A DNA stretch of 64,000 nt from an uncultured Candidatus Rokubacteria bacterium (lineage in GTDB: Bacteria > Methylomirabilota > Methylomirabilia > Rokubacteriales > CSP1-6). The translations under genes were made by a program, and so were the position numbers. The notes beneath the pieces are model-generated. The model saw only the letters and a list, made by a program, of their open reading frames with translations, was not told the origin of the DNA and searched no databases. Positions 29,168 through 38,757 of the stretch are shown here, piece after piece. The stretch is from the NCBI GenBank assembly GCA_963762145.1, contig CAVXJS010000021.1, positions 544,001 through 608,000 on the forward strand, given 5' to 3'. Every line of letters starts with the position of its first letter. The first letter of the stretch is position 1.

Positions 29168-30571
29168 TCACCGCCTCGGCACCCGCCAGAAAGACCCCGC
29201 GATTTGTTCGAGGGGCCGGCCGGGCTCGTTAGGCCGCAGACCGTATCGCAGCATCGCAATGATGTCGGCGCTAACCTGCGGATTGGAAATGAAGTAGGAG
29301 TGGCCGAAGAAGTCTGTTGTCCCGCGGACCTGGATGATGTCGACTGCGCGCAACAAGGCGATCGCTTCGATCTGGTCAGCGCTGAACATCGTCGCGTCGA
29401 TCCGCCCGAGCCGGGCGATGCTGCCGAACAGCCAGCTCGCCGTCGCGAGCGCCGTGTCGTCGGGCGAAACGTAGAGGGTGACCCTGAGGCCAGGTGAAGG
29501 GGGGATGACGGCGCCCGGGTCCGCTTTCCCGCCGAACGGCAAGTCAGGGTCGGAGAAGACTTTGAAGATCTTGGTCAGCGCGACGTCGCCATCGAGGTCG
29601 GGAGCGACGAGGACAACATTGCCGATGCGAAACTCGCGATCCGGTGAGCTCTGGAGTGTGTAGGCTTCGGCGCTGAGCGAGGCCAGCGCCGATGCGAGAG
29701 TGTCCGTGCCGCGGCTATGCGCGATGAGGTGGATACGCTCCACGCCCGGCGTCCGGCCGACGATCCGGATCGCCTTCAACAGGTCCTCGACCGCGTATTC
29801 GGCCGACTCCCTGTCGACGACGTAACCGAAGAGTATGCCGCGCTGTCCGCCGGCGGGCCACGTGAAGATGCCGCACACGAAGTCCCGTCCCAGGAAATGG
29901 CACAGCTCGCCCATCGTCAGCGCTGCATCTTGAAGCTGCTGTGGTAGCCGTGCACGAACAGCACGACTTCCTTGCGGCGCGCGATGGCGAGCCGCCTCGC
30001 AATCTCGGCTTGCAGCTGCTGCTTCGCTTTTTCGTACGCCTCGACGACGGCGGGCACACGTCTTATGCCATCCGGAGCGACAGTGACTTCATACGGTATG
30101 GCCGGAAAGCGACCGAGCTCCGTGGTCGGCCCGAGCTTGAGCTGCAGTGGATTGACGCGTGGCGTTGCAGTGCTTTCCTTAACCAGCACGTCCCAGGAGA
30201 CGTCTTCGCCGAACTCGATCATCGCCGATCCGAACCCCATCGAACGCGATCGGCCCGCGGTGTACCGCAAGTCATCGGCTTGCTCTGCCGGTGCGCGATC
30301 GGTGATAAACAGCAGATCGAGAGACGGCCGGCGACTGTCGATCGACAACTCGGCGAAGAGCGGCCTCGCATTCTCCCCTGTGTAGAGCACCGGGGTCGGC
30401 ATCATCGTGTAGGTTCGTCGCGCAACCTGTCAGGACGAATGCGATGGCGGCGATGACGATGGCTGATCGCGCTCCGGGCGCAGGATAGTCGACATCAAGG
30501 CCGTCCCGCGGCGATCGCCTCGCCGGTGGGACGCCCCAGGCAGCCGTAGGAGCCACCGCCACAGCGTACAT
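29168..30571 (-). pseudogene. DUF900-type alpha/beta-hydrolase lipoprotein, two frameshifts (~30410, ~29930)
   Basis: Lipobox LTGC, VLFVHGY, FTWPAGG, IAHSRG, LVAPDLD, GHSYF spread over three frames; SD GAGGAGG. Confidence 0.75.
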
Positions 30572-30919
30572 TAGCAGCCTCCTCGCGCGCGCCGACCACG
30601 CCCGCCTGGCTGAGCGGCATCCTATGCCGGCACACTGCCGCCGTCAACCGGCAGGTGGCCCGGCCAGCTCAGCGCGGATGTCACCTCGCCGCGCAGGCAC
30701 GACGGCGTCCATCGCGCCCTCGAAGTGCCGATCAGGACTCGGGTGGCGCGGGGCCGGCCGCGCTCGTCGAGCCAGGTGGGGCGGGTTCATGGTCGGTGCC
30801 GGAGGCTACCACCGAGCAAGCACATGGCGCTACGCTGCCCCTACCCGGGTGCTACGGCCGCGCCCGGCCATCGCCCGAAGGGGATGAGCCGTGCTCTTGA
30901 GGCTGTCCCTTCGGCTCTT

Positions 30920-31549
30920 CTACGGCCCGTCTTGCTTCCGCTTCCGCTGCCTCCAGCGAGCCAGTCCCAAGCCTGCCGCCGCTGTGCCGAAGAGGAGAAG
31001 AGTGGCAGGCTCTGGGACGGCCGTGGGTGAATGCTCTCCGTGAAGAGTAAATTCCACGGGACCATCTAGTCCGGGGTTCCTATACGCGAGTGTGTAGTTG
31101 TCGAAGTGCGGCATATGAGGAACTGACGTTCCGAAGATCGGAGTCACCGCGTTATTCACGAGCAGTTGGTTTACCGCAAGGTTTGGGAACTCCGGCTCGC
31201 CGGATTGAGGGCTCACCATGTTGAAGCTTCCCTTGAACTGTGTCCCCTTGTCCAAGGTGTCCTGCTGGTCCCCCTTTACGAGATGCTGCCCTATGAAGTT
31301 GAAGAGAAACTGCGTGTGTTCTTGATTGAGAGGTCGGACCTGAACGCTGGAATCCCACTTAGGATGCTCAACACTTGGCCCGGTAAACGCTGGTTGGATC
31401 ACACGCTCCCAACTGAATTTCCATGTGAACTCCGTATCGCTCTCTGTGTAAGCAAGCGTGTTGATCGGAGCGGCGTGGGTGGGAGGAGTGCTGAGAGGAC
31501 CGAGTAGGACACTCAACACGGCAGTCAAGAGAATGTAACTGAGATGCAT
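30920..31549 (-). CDS. PEP-CTERM sorting-domain surface protein
   Basis: Signal peptide; C-terminal VPEPATLLLFGTAAAGLGLARWRQRKRK; SD AGGAGG. Confidence 0.88.
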   Translation of the reverse strand: MHLSYILLTAVLSVLLGPLSTPPTHAAPINTLAYTESDTEFTWKFSWERVIQPAFTGPSVEHPKWDSSVQVRPLNQEHTQFLFNFIGQHLVKGDQQDTLDKGTQFKGSFNMVSPQSGEPEFPNLAVNQLLVNNAVTPIFGTSVPHMPHFDNYTLAYRNPGLDGPVEFTLHGEHSPTAVPEPATLLLFGTAAAGLGLARWRQRKRKQDGP

Positions 31550-31711
31550 GCCCATACCTCCTACCGTCCTTAGGACGCAAGACTCTCGGACCCGGGTTGT
31601 CGCAGACGGTGCTCAGGGGGCGACACACTGGCTGAACTCTATGCCCGCGCCGGATTTGGAAGTCAAGCAAGTCCGAACTCTAGCAGCCTGACCGTCGCTG
31701 TCCTCCGCGTG

Positions 31712-31952
31712 CTACTTCGCCTCGCCTTCCACCACGATCAGCCGCCATCGGCCGTCACGGCCCGGCACCGGGATTCCTTCGACCGGTGCCCGCACCACTC
31801 CACCGTTGCTCCACACCCTGAACGGCTCCCACTTGTACCACTTGAGCAGCTCAGGCGGGATGTGCGAATACCGGAATCTCCCGCCCACATGTCGGACATG
31901 GACGCTTGGCGTGAGGCTGGCCGCGCTCGTCAAGCCATGTGGGCGGGTTCAT
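31712..31952 (-). pseudogene. Decayed small Zn-ribbon-like protein (MNPPTWLDERG...CPTC)
   Basis: ATG 31952 frame stops after 33 aa; C-terminus in other frames; a degenerate second copy of the 5' end starts at 30790. Confidence 0.45.
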
Positions 31953-32114
31953 GGGCCATGGTAGCGGTCTCGACACACTCTCGTCTACACTCCCCCGCGA
32001 GGTCATGGAACTTCGAACGTGGCTAGAATGGTGCTACGCGACGGAAGCTGAGGCGGTTGCGGACCGGCGATGTAGCGTTCCGAGCGGTGCGGCTGCGAGT
32101 CACGGAGGGAGCGC

Positions 32115-32351
32115 ATGAACGACCGGGCGAACGACCATGTGACGCTTCTAGGTGTCGCACTCGCCGGGGCTGTTAGCATGGCGGCTGGAGAAGGCGACTG
32201 GCAAGCGACGAGTAGCCTCATCGGTGGGACGCTCATTCTTATCCTAGTCACATACGAGCCGCCCGGTGTCGGCGGCAATTGGTTGCGTGGGGTTTCCTGG
32301 GGCGCAGTTCTAGGATTGTGTCTCATACTCGTGGCTGGGCCATTCATCTGA
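32115..32351 (+). CDS. Small membrane protein
   Basis: SD GGAGG; three hydrophobic segments. Confidence 0.55.
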   Translation: MNDRANDHVTLLGVALAGAVSMAAGEGDWQATSSLIGGTLILILVTYEPPGVGGNWLRGVSWGAVLGLCLILVAGPFI

Positions 32352-32528
32352 ACCCGCCGGACAGCCCGCGGGCCCAATGCCTGTCCGTGATTATTTGGGG
32401 CATTTCGGTGGCAATTGGCATCGTACTCTGCCGTCGCACTCCCGGATGACTGGCAACCTCGAAGGTCGCTGCCCTTTAGATGAGCGCCCGGCACGGATCA
32501 GCGGCTTTAGTCTAACGGGACCAACTAA

Positions 32529-33382
32529 CTAGCGCAGCGCCCGCCCTACTTCCTCGACCATACCGACGTAGATGCTTCGTCGCCCATGACATTTGATGAT
32601 GCGTCGATCCCCTACACGCGGTTCTTGATAGAACGCAACCCCTGACAAGATCGTGCTCCCTACCTCTAGGTCCCGGTTCGCATTCCGCTTCACGGGGACT
32701 TGCCACAGGCCCGCGCCACTGTAGCCACCAAAGTCGGTTGGCGGTCCGTTCTGGCCACCGTATCCAGCTTCAAAGTCCAAGTAGTCGAACTCGCCGGTGA
32801 CATACTCAGTCTCGACCCACCCTCTGCCGATTCCACCCTCGAAGGTAACTATCTGATTAAATCCCCGTTCAGGACCCGCGCGGTGGTGCCTTCACCGGCG
32901 AACCCGCATAGGAACCACAGACCCTCAGTCAAAGCCCGGGGCGCTGGTAACACGTAGTCAGCGGAGAGCTGATAGAACGATTTTCGGGCTAGGAGTGGTC
33001 CTACGTCCACATCTGCTAACACTAGTAGCCCAAGATCAGGGCCGTCCTCTGCGCGACATCCGGTCTGCAAGGTTACGCTACGTGTGGCGTATCGCGGGAT
33101 CGTCGCGCGCTGGATGAGGGGCTGATTCGTACCCGCGTACAAGAGACCGATAGTGTCGCTTTCTCGCAGGTGTGCAAGTACGTGGGCGGCGGTGAGAACT
33201 CCGTACGTGCCTCCCACGCGAACCAACGTACCCGAGCCGCCAAGTTCCGCTATCTCGCCAGTGCCTAGACCCGGCCGGACGAATCCTATCGAGAAGTTCG
33301 AGATTCTCTGACAGGCGTCCTCGATCAGCTCAGGCGGCAATGCGGTTAGCGGAACGATGTCGGGATCGTCTTCTTGGGCCAC
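32529..33382 (-). pseudogene. Trypsin-like serine protease, frameshifted near 32880
   Basis: GSGTLV..LTAAHV (His), DLGLL (Asp) in ORF 32849-33382; GYSGAGLW (Ser) in ORF 32529-32780. Confidence 0.75.
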
Positions 33383-33509
33383 GTCAGTCGGCTCCCATCA
33401 GCGGAACGTTAGCGACCCGAGCCTTCCTTGATGGCGAGAAGTCTACCAAACACCGTAGACGGCTTGGATACGCACGAATCCGCAAGTCGGGCGCACGAAG
33501 ACACTCTAA

Positions 33510-33546
33510 CCTCACGAGAAATGGAGGGTCTCGTGTATCGTGGTTG
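33510..33546 (+). repeat. 37-bp direct repeat, copy 2, directly upstream of the thermonuclease gene
   Basis: Identical to 27306-27342; internal inverted repeat CACGAGA-N9-TCTCGTG. Confidence 0.92.
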
Positions 33547-33552
33547 ATAACC

Positions 33553-34098
33553 ATGCGTGCGCGCGTCGTCGCCTCCCTCCTCGCGCTTGCCGCTCTCCTC
33601 TTTCTCGTCGCGCCGTCGATCACCCCCTCGCCCACCGGCGGCCCTTCACTCACCGCCAACCCCTCTCTCCCCAGAGGGGAGAGGGCGGAGCTGAGTGGGA
33701 CGGTGGTGCGGACGGTGGATGGGGACACCGTGTGGGTCAAGCTGGCGAGCGGGGTGGAGAAGGTGCGGTACATCGGGATCGACACGCCGGAGGTCCATCA
33801 CCCGACCCGCGGGGAGGAGCCGGGCGGACGCGCGGCCACCGAGATCAACCGCGGGCTCGTGGGCGACCGCCCGGTGCGGCTCGAGCCCGACGTGCAGCTC
33901 CGCGACCGCCACGGGCGTCTCCTGGCCTACGTGTGGGTCAAGCGCGCGGACGGCGCGGAGGTCATGGTCAACGCGGAGATGGTGCGCCTCGGCTACGCCC
34001 AGGTGTTGACGGTCCCGCCCAACGTGCGGCACGCGGAGATGTTCCGCAAGCTGGCCGCCGAGGCCCGCGAGCAGCGCCGGGGCCTCTGGGCGCCCTGA
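33553..34098 (+). CDS. Thermonuclease (SNase-like) family protein
   Basis: Signal/TM; VDGDT, VRYIGIDTPE, DRHGRLLAYV, NAEMVRLGYA, RRGLW. Confidence 0.92.
   Translation: MRARVVASLLALAALLFLVAPSITPSPTGGPSLTANPSLPRGERAELSGTVVRTVDGDTVWVKLASGVEKVRYIGIDTPEVHHPTRGEEPGGRAATEINRGLVGDRPVRLEPDVQLRDRHGRLLAYVWVKRADGAEVMVNAEMVRLGYAQVLTVPPNVRHAEMFRKLAAEAREQRRGLWAP
33648..33699. repeat. CCCTCTCCC/GGGAGAGGG palindromic repeat, in-frame in the thermonuclease linker
   Basis: CCCTCTCTCCCC-AGA-GGGGAGAGGG, same family as 40718 and 42391. Confidence 0.6.
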
Positions 34099-34117
34099 GC
34101 GGTATACTGGGCCTTCC

Positions 34118-35113
34118 ATGAAGATCGGCTCGGTCGAGATCCCCGCGCTGGCCCGCCTGGCCCCGATGGCCGGCATCACCAATGCGCCATTCCGGCTCGT
34201 CGCGCGGGAGTGCGGCAGCGGGCTCACCACCTCCGAGGAAATGGACGCCTCCGCGCTGCTCACCGGCCACCCGCACGCCGACGCGATCGCCGCGTACTAT
34301 CCCGAGGAGCGGCCGCTGGCCATGCAGCTCCTCGGGAAGGATCCCGATCTGCTCGCGCGGGCCGCCGAGCGCTGCCAGCTCCTGGGCGCCGACATCGTGG
34401 ATCTGAACATGGGCTGCCCGATGCCCAAGATCACCGGCAAGGGCAAGGGCGCCGCGCTGATGCGCGACGTCGCCGCGACCTCGGTGGTCCTGCGCGCGCT
34501 CCGCAAGGCGGTGAGCGTGCCGCTCACGGTCAAGATCCGCGGCGGCTGGGACGACGAGCATCTCAACGCGGTCGAGGTCGCCCAGATGGCGGAGGCCGAG
34601 GGCGTGGACGCCATCACGGTCCACCCGCGCACGCGCTCGCAACGCTTCACCGGCCGCGCGCCCTGGACGATCATCCGCGAGGTCGTGGAGGCGGTGTCGG
34701 TGCCGGTCACCGGCAACGGCGACGTGCACTCGATGGCGGAGGCGCGGCGCATGGTCGCGGAGACCGGCTGCGTCTCGGTGATGGTCGGCCGCGGCGCGCT
34801 CGGCAGCCCCTGGATCTTCGACGAGTCGTTCGAGGCGCTCTCGCGCGAGGGCCAGCGCGCCTACAAGGCCCGCGTGATTGCCCGGCACGTGGCGCTGATC
34901 CGCGAGCACTTCGGCGAGAAGTACGCGCTGGTGCAGATGAAGAAGCACCTCGCGTGGTACACGGAGGGGCTCGGCCACGCCACCGAGTGCCGCGCCCGCA
35001 TCTTCCAGACGCGCGAGCCGGACGAGGTGTGGGACCTGTTCCAGTCCTACTGGGAGCGCCCCCGCCCCGAAATCTCCCAGACCGCCTCGACCTGGTCGCC
35101 CCGCATCGCGTAG
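34118..35113 (+). CDS. dusB: tRNA-dihydrouridine synthase
   Basis: LAPMAGITN, DLNMGCP, TVKIR.GWD, VHPRT, GNGD, MVGRGA, KHLAWY. Confidence 0.9.
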   Translation: MKIGSVEIPALARLAPMAGITNAPFRLVARECGSGLTTSEEMDASALLTGHPHADAIAAYYPEERPLAMQLLGKDPDLLARAAERCQLLGADIVDLNMGCPMPKITGKGKGAALMRDVAATSVVLRALRKAVSVPLTVKIRGGWDDEHLNAVEVAQMAEAEGVDAITVHPRTRSQRFTGRAPWTIIREVVEAVSVPVTGNGDVHSMAEARRMVAETGCVSVMVGRGALGSPWIFDESFEALSREGQRAYKARVIARHVALIREHFGEKYALVQMKKHLAWYTEGLGHATECRARIFQTREPDEVWDLFQSYWERPRPEISQTASTWSPRIA

Positions 35114-36147
35114 ATCCGGTCGTAGAGGTTGATGGTCGGATCGCAGTGCGGCGGGAAGAACTCGATGAGCTGCCCGAGCTTGGGCAGCCGCCCCGGCTCG
35201 CTGGTCATGAGCCGTCCGTGCTCGTCACCCGCCCAGGAGAACTCGACCCCGGGCCACTCGACCGTCTCCGGCACGAACGGCCGGTCGGTGGAGAACGCCT
35301 TGAAGCCGCCGTCCACCATCGCCATCTCCGCGGTCGGCACGCTCACCACCGTGGTCAGCACGGTCAGCGCCATCTCGAAGTCGTCGTAGGCCGCCCCGCG
35401 CGGGCCGCCGATGCGCCGGTAGTCGAGGTCCATCACGCAGTAGGAGCCGGACTGCAGCTCGGTGAGCCCCTCGAGATCCACGTCGATGTTGAAGGTGCCG
35501 CTCGACCCGCCGGTCACGATCTCCACCGCCATGCCGTGCTTCTCGAAGAGCTCGCGTGTCCGCATGAGCCGGCTCATCCAGCGCTTCGACGACCGCCGCC
35601 GCTCCTCGAAGCCCATCACGTGGGCGCAGTGGCCCGCGTAGCCCTGCAGCCCGCGGAGGTGGAGCGCGGGCTGCGCGAGCACCTCGCGGCCCAGATCCCG
35701 CGCCGGCTCGCCCGGCTGGCACCCGGTACGGCGGCCGCCCACGTCCACGTCCACCAGCACGTTGAGCACGAGGCCCGCGTCCTTCACGGCCCGACCGAGC
35801 TCGTGCACGTTGTCCGGGTGGTCCACGACCGCCATGGTCTCGGGCTGGCGCCGGAGCACGTCCAGCAGCCGGCCGATCTTCTCGGGCCCCACCACCTCGG
35901 TGGTGATGAGGAGATTGCGCACGCCGGCGGCGGCCATGACCTCGGCCTCGCTCACCTTCGCCACGCAGACGCCGACCGCGCCGGCCGCGATCTGACGGCG
36001 GGCGATCTCCGGGCACTTGTGGGTCTTGGAGTGGGGGCGGAGCTTCTTGCCGGCGGCCTTCACGTGGGCCGCCATCTTCTGGATATTGCGCTCGAAGCGG
36101 TCGAGGTCCAGCAGCAGCGCGGGCGTGGGGAGCTCGGATCGGTTCAT
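35047..36147 (-). CDS. PLP-dependent fold III enzyme (DSD1/D-threonine aldolase-like)
   Basis: LPTPALLLD, RPHSKTHK, RTG, YAGH, ELQSGSY, DEHG, HCDPT. Confidence 0.9.
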   Translation of the reverse strand: MNRSELPTPALLLDLDRFERNIQKMAAHVKAAGKKLRPHSKTHKCPEIARRQIAAGAVGVCVAKVSEAEVMAAAGVRNLLITTEVVGPEKIGRLLDVLRRQPETMAVVDHPDNVHELGRAVKDAGLVLNVLVDVDVGGRRTGCQPGEPARDLGREVLAQPALHLRGLQGYAGHCAHVMGFEERRRSSKRWMSRLMRTRELFEKHGMAVEIVTGGSSGTFNIDVDLEGLTELQSGSYCVMDLDYRRIGGPRGAAYDDFEMALTVLTTVVSVPTAEMAMVDGGFKAFSTDRPFVPETVEWPGVEFSWAGDEHGRLMTSEPGRLPKLGQLIEFFPPHCDPTINLYDRIYAMRGDQVEAVWEISGRGRSQ

Positions 36148-36217
36148 GGCGCACGGAGCATACCATGCGCCGACGCGACCCCGGCCGGCGGCGCGGCCGG
36201 AGTCGCGGGAGAGACAG

Positions 36218-36712
36218 CTAGAGCGCGCGAGCGCGGCGCCGCGCGTCGGCCTCCGCGCGAATCGCCAGCTCGGCGGCCTCGGCCTTGGCCAGCCGCTCGG
36301 TCTCACGATCGCCCAGGCGCCCGAACGCTTCGCCCGCCGCCAGCATGCCATCGCGCGATCCCTGCCGGTGCGCCCGGAGCAGCGCGGTCCGGTAGGCGCG
36401 GCGCGCGCGGGGCTCGAAGACGTCGGCGCTCCCGGTGGCCCGGGCCGCGCGCATGGCCGCATCGCCCACCGCGATCATCCCGGGCCAGTCACGGCTGGCG
36501 TGTGCGGCGACGTAGGCCTCGCGCCACGCCGCGGTGATGGCCACCCTGTCGCCACCCGCGAGCGCCCGGTCCATCTCGGCGATCCTGGCGGCCCAGTCGC
36601 CGCGATCGGCATCGGCCGAGGCCTCCGGGATCAGGGGCAGCACGACCCCTCCCGCCAGAACCAGGAGGAACAGGAGCAGCACGAGCGATGCCGTCCGCGT
36701 TCGATGTCTCAT
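36218..36712 (-). CDS. Hypothetical secreted or membrane-anchored helical protein
   Basis: SD GAGGAGG; N-terminal hydrophobic segment. Confidence 0.7.
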   Translation of the reverse strand: MRHRTRTASLVLLLFLLVLAGGVVLPLIPEASADADRGDWAARIAEMDRALAGGDRVAITAAWREAYVAAHASRDWPGMIAVGDAAMRAARATGSADVFEPRARRAYRTALLRAHRQGSRDGMLAAGEAFGRLGDRETERLAKAEAAELAIRAEADARRRARAL

Positions 36713-36753
36713 GGCGCCCTCCTCGCTGAGCTGAAGCATCTGGCCGAGGATCT

Positions 36754-36769
36754 AGCACCACCTGTGCCA
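36754..36769 (-). promoter_or_regulatory. sigma54 -24/-12 promoter candidate
   Basis: TGGCACAGGTGGTGCT (GG-N10-GC) with an AT-rich patch upstream. Confidence 0.55.
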
Positions 36770-36895
36770 CGCCGAACCCCGCGAAAATATTGGAAAGGAG
36801 GGAACCCCGTGTCCATCCACGAACGGCACGACGCCCGATCACGGCAAAATACCCGGCACCACCGAGTAAGGGCAGGTGGCGGACCGAGCGGCCGC

Positions 36896-37351
36896 TCAGG
36901 AAGGCTCGACGCTCACCCGGTCGGGCAGCTCGTTGACGTCGTCGGGGCGCCGCGGGAAGTGCCGTCGCAGCACCGCGCCCACCTCGCCGACGGCATGGAT
37001 CAGACCGTCGCGGAACCGCTCAGCGCGGAAGTGCCCCAGCACCGCCTCCACCAGCCCGTCCCAGTAGGCCTGGCCCACCCGCTCGTGGATGCCGCGGTCG
37101 CCCAGCACCGCGAGCTTGTGGTCCCCGACACTCACGTAGATGAGCACCCCGTGGCGCGCGGCGGTCCGGTGCATGCCGAGCCGCTCGAAGATCAGCGCGC
37201 CGCGCGCCAGCGGCTCCCCGGGGCAGCGCGCGTCGAGATGCACCCGGATCTCCGCGGAGGTCGCGGCCTCCGCGGCCGCGATGGCCGCGGCCACCGCGTC
37301 CAGATCGGGCTCGCTCAGGAATCGCCGCACCCAGCGTGGATGACGCGCCAT
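36896..37351 (-). CDS. TPM (DUF477) domain protein
   Basis: AEAATSAEIRV, GVLIY, VLGDRGI, NELPD. Confidence 0.88.
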   Translation of the reverse strand: MARHPRWVRRFLSEPDLDAVAAAIAAAEAATSAEIRVHLDARCPGEPLARGALIFERLGMHRTAARHGVLIYVSVGDHKLAVLGDRGIHERVGQAYWDGLVEAVLGHFRAERFRDGLIHAVGEVGAVLRRHFPRRPDDVNELPDRVSVEPS

Positions 37352-38118
37352 CACCAGCTCCCGCTCGAGCCGCCGCCGCCGAAGCTGCCGCCGCCCCCGC
37401 TGAATCCGCCGCCACTGCTGCCCCCGCTCCCGCCGCCGAACCCGCCCCCGCCGATGAACGGCCCGCCCCAGCCCGTCGAGCTCCCGGTCCACCCGCGTCG
37501 CCGCACGTTCGCGCGCGCCACCTGGTTCTGCACCAGGATCATGACCAGCACGAATACCACGAACAGCGCGCCCAGCTCACGCGCGCCGAACCCGTTGGAG
37601 CGGCCGCCCTGGCCCGCCGCGGGCGGGCGGGCGTAGGTGCCGGCGATCGCGCGGTCGATGGCGTCGAGCCCCGCCGCGATGCCGTCCGCGGTGCGGCCCT
37701 CGCGGAAGCGCGGGGCGACGACGTCACGGAGAATGGACGACGAGATGGCGTCGGTGAGCCCGCCCTCGAGCCCGTAGCCGACCTCGATGCGCATCTTCCG
37801 GTCGTCGAGGAAGACGAGGAAGATGACGCCGTTGTCGAGGCCCTTCTGGCCGATCCGCCAGGCCTGCGCCAGCCGGATCGAGTACCCCTCGAGGCTCTCG
37901 CCCTCGAGCGAGCGGAAGATGGCGACCACCACCTGGTTGCGGCTGGTGGTCTCCCGGGCCGCGAGCTGCTGCTCGAGGCGATCCCGGTCCGCGGGAGTCA
38001 GCGCGCCCGCGTAGTCGTTGATGCGCCGGGTCGGCGACGGCGGAACCCCCAGCGCCGCCGCGCCCGTCGCGACCAGCAGCACGAGGAGCAGCGTGCCGAG
38101 CGCGGCGCGGCGGAACAT
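37351..38118 (-). CDS. TPM domain protein (YgcG-like) with Gly-rich tail
   Basis: WRIGQKGLDNG, IEVGYGLEG, GGGGSFGGGG.SGSW. Confidence 0.9.
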   Translation of the reverse strand: MFRRAALGTLLLVLLVATGAAALGVPPSPTRRINDYAGALTPADRDRLEQQLAARETTSRNQVVVAIFRSLEGESLEGYSIRLAQAWRIGQKGLDNGVIFLVFLDDRKMRIEVGYGLEGGLTDAISSSILRDVVAPRFREGRTADGIAAGLDAIDRAIAGTYARPPAAGQGGRSNGFGARELGALFVVFVLVMILVQNQVARANVRRRGWTGSSTGWGGPFIGGGGFGGGSGGSSGGGFSGGGGSFGGGGSSGSW

Positions 38119-38143
38119 CGGCTCGCTCCGCTCGAAGCGCCCG

Positions 38144-38737
38144 CTAGAACTTCACCTTGGGCGCTTCCTGGCTGCCCGGCGCCGCTTCGAAGTAGGCCTT
38201 CTCCTTGAATCCGCGGAGCGAGGCCACCAGGCTGCCCGGAAAGAGCCGCAGGCGGGTGTTGTAGTCGCGCACCACCTCGCTGTAGCGCATGCGCTCCACC
38301 GCGATGCGGTTCTCGGTGCCCTCGAGCTGGCTCTGGAGCGTCAGGAAGTTCTGGTTCGACTTGAGGTCGGGATAGCGCTCGACGGTGACGAGCAGCCGGG
38401 CGAGCGCGCCGCCCAGCTCCTGCTGGGCCGCCTGGAACTTGCGGAACGCCTCCGGATCGTTGACCAGCTCGGGCGTGGCCTTGATCCCGGCCACGCTGGC
38501 CCGCGCCTTGGTCACTTCCTCGAGCACGGTCCGCTCCTGCGCCGCGTAGCCCTTCACGGTCTCCACCAGGTTCGGAATGAGGTCCGCGCGGCGCTGGTAG
38601 ACGTTCTGCACCTGCGCCCACTTCTCGTTGACCGCCTGCTCCTGGGCCACGAGCTGGTTGTTGATGCCGATGGCCCAGCCGATGCCACCGACCACGATGA
38701 GGGCGATCACGCCCAGCACGATCAGTCCAGTTTTCAT
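38144..38737 (-). CDS. lemA: LemA family protein
   Basis: QRRADLIPNLVETVKGYA, ERYPDLKSNQNF, EGTENRI. Confidence 0.93.
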   Translation of the reverse strand: MKTGLIVLGVIALIVVGGIGWAIGINNQLVAQEQAVNEKWAQVQNVYQRRADLIPNLVETVKGYAAQERTVLEEVTKARASVAGIKATPELVNDPEAFRKFQAAQQELGGALARLLVTVERYPDLKSNQNFLTLQSQLEGTENRIAVERMRYSEVVRDYNTRLRLFPGSLVASLRGFKEKAYFEAAPGSQEAPKVKF

Positions 38738-38757
38738 GGCCTCAGTATACCCCGCGC

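Larger units (their letters stand above)
25642..33546. mobile_element. Accessory island / integration hotspot without its own recombinase
   Basis: Visibly lower GC (not computed), orphan and decayed ORFs, 37-bp direct repeat internally and at the right edge; left edge approximate. Confidence 0.55.

Noticed and set aside
25642-33550. Canonical integron or CRISPR array
   Set aside because: No intI or cas genes. TCTAAC words (27607, 32511, 33505) lack full-length attC partners, genes face both directions, and the 37-bp repeat occurs only twice, 6.2 kb apart.
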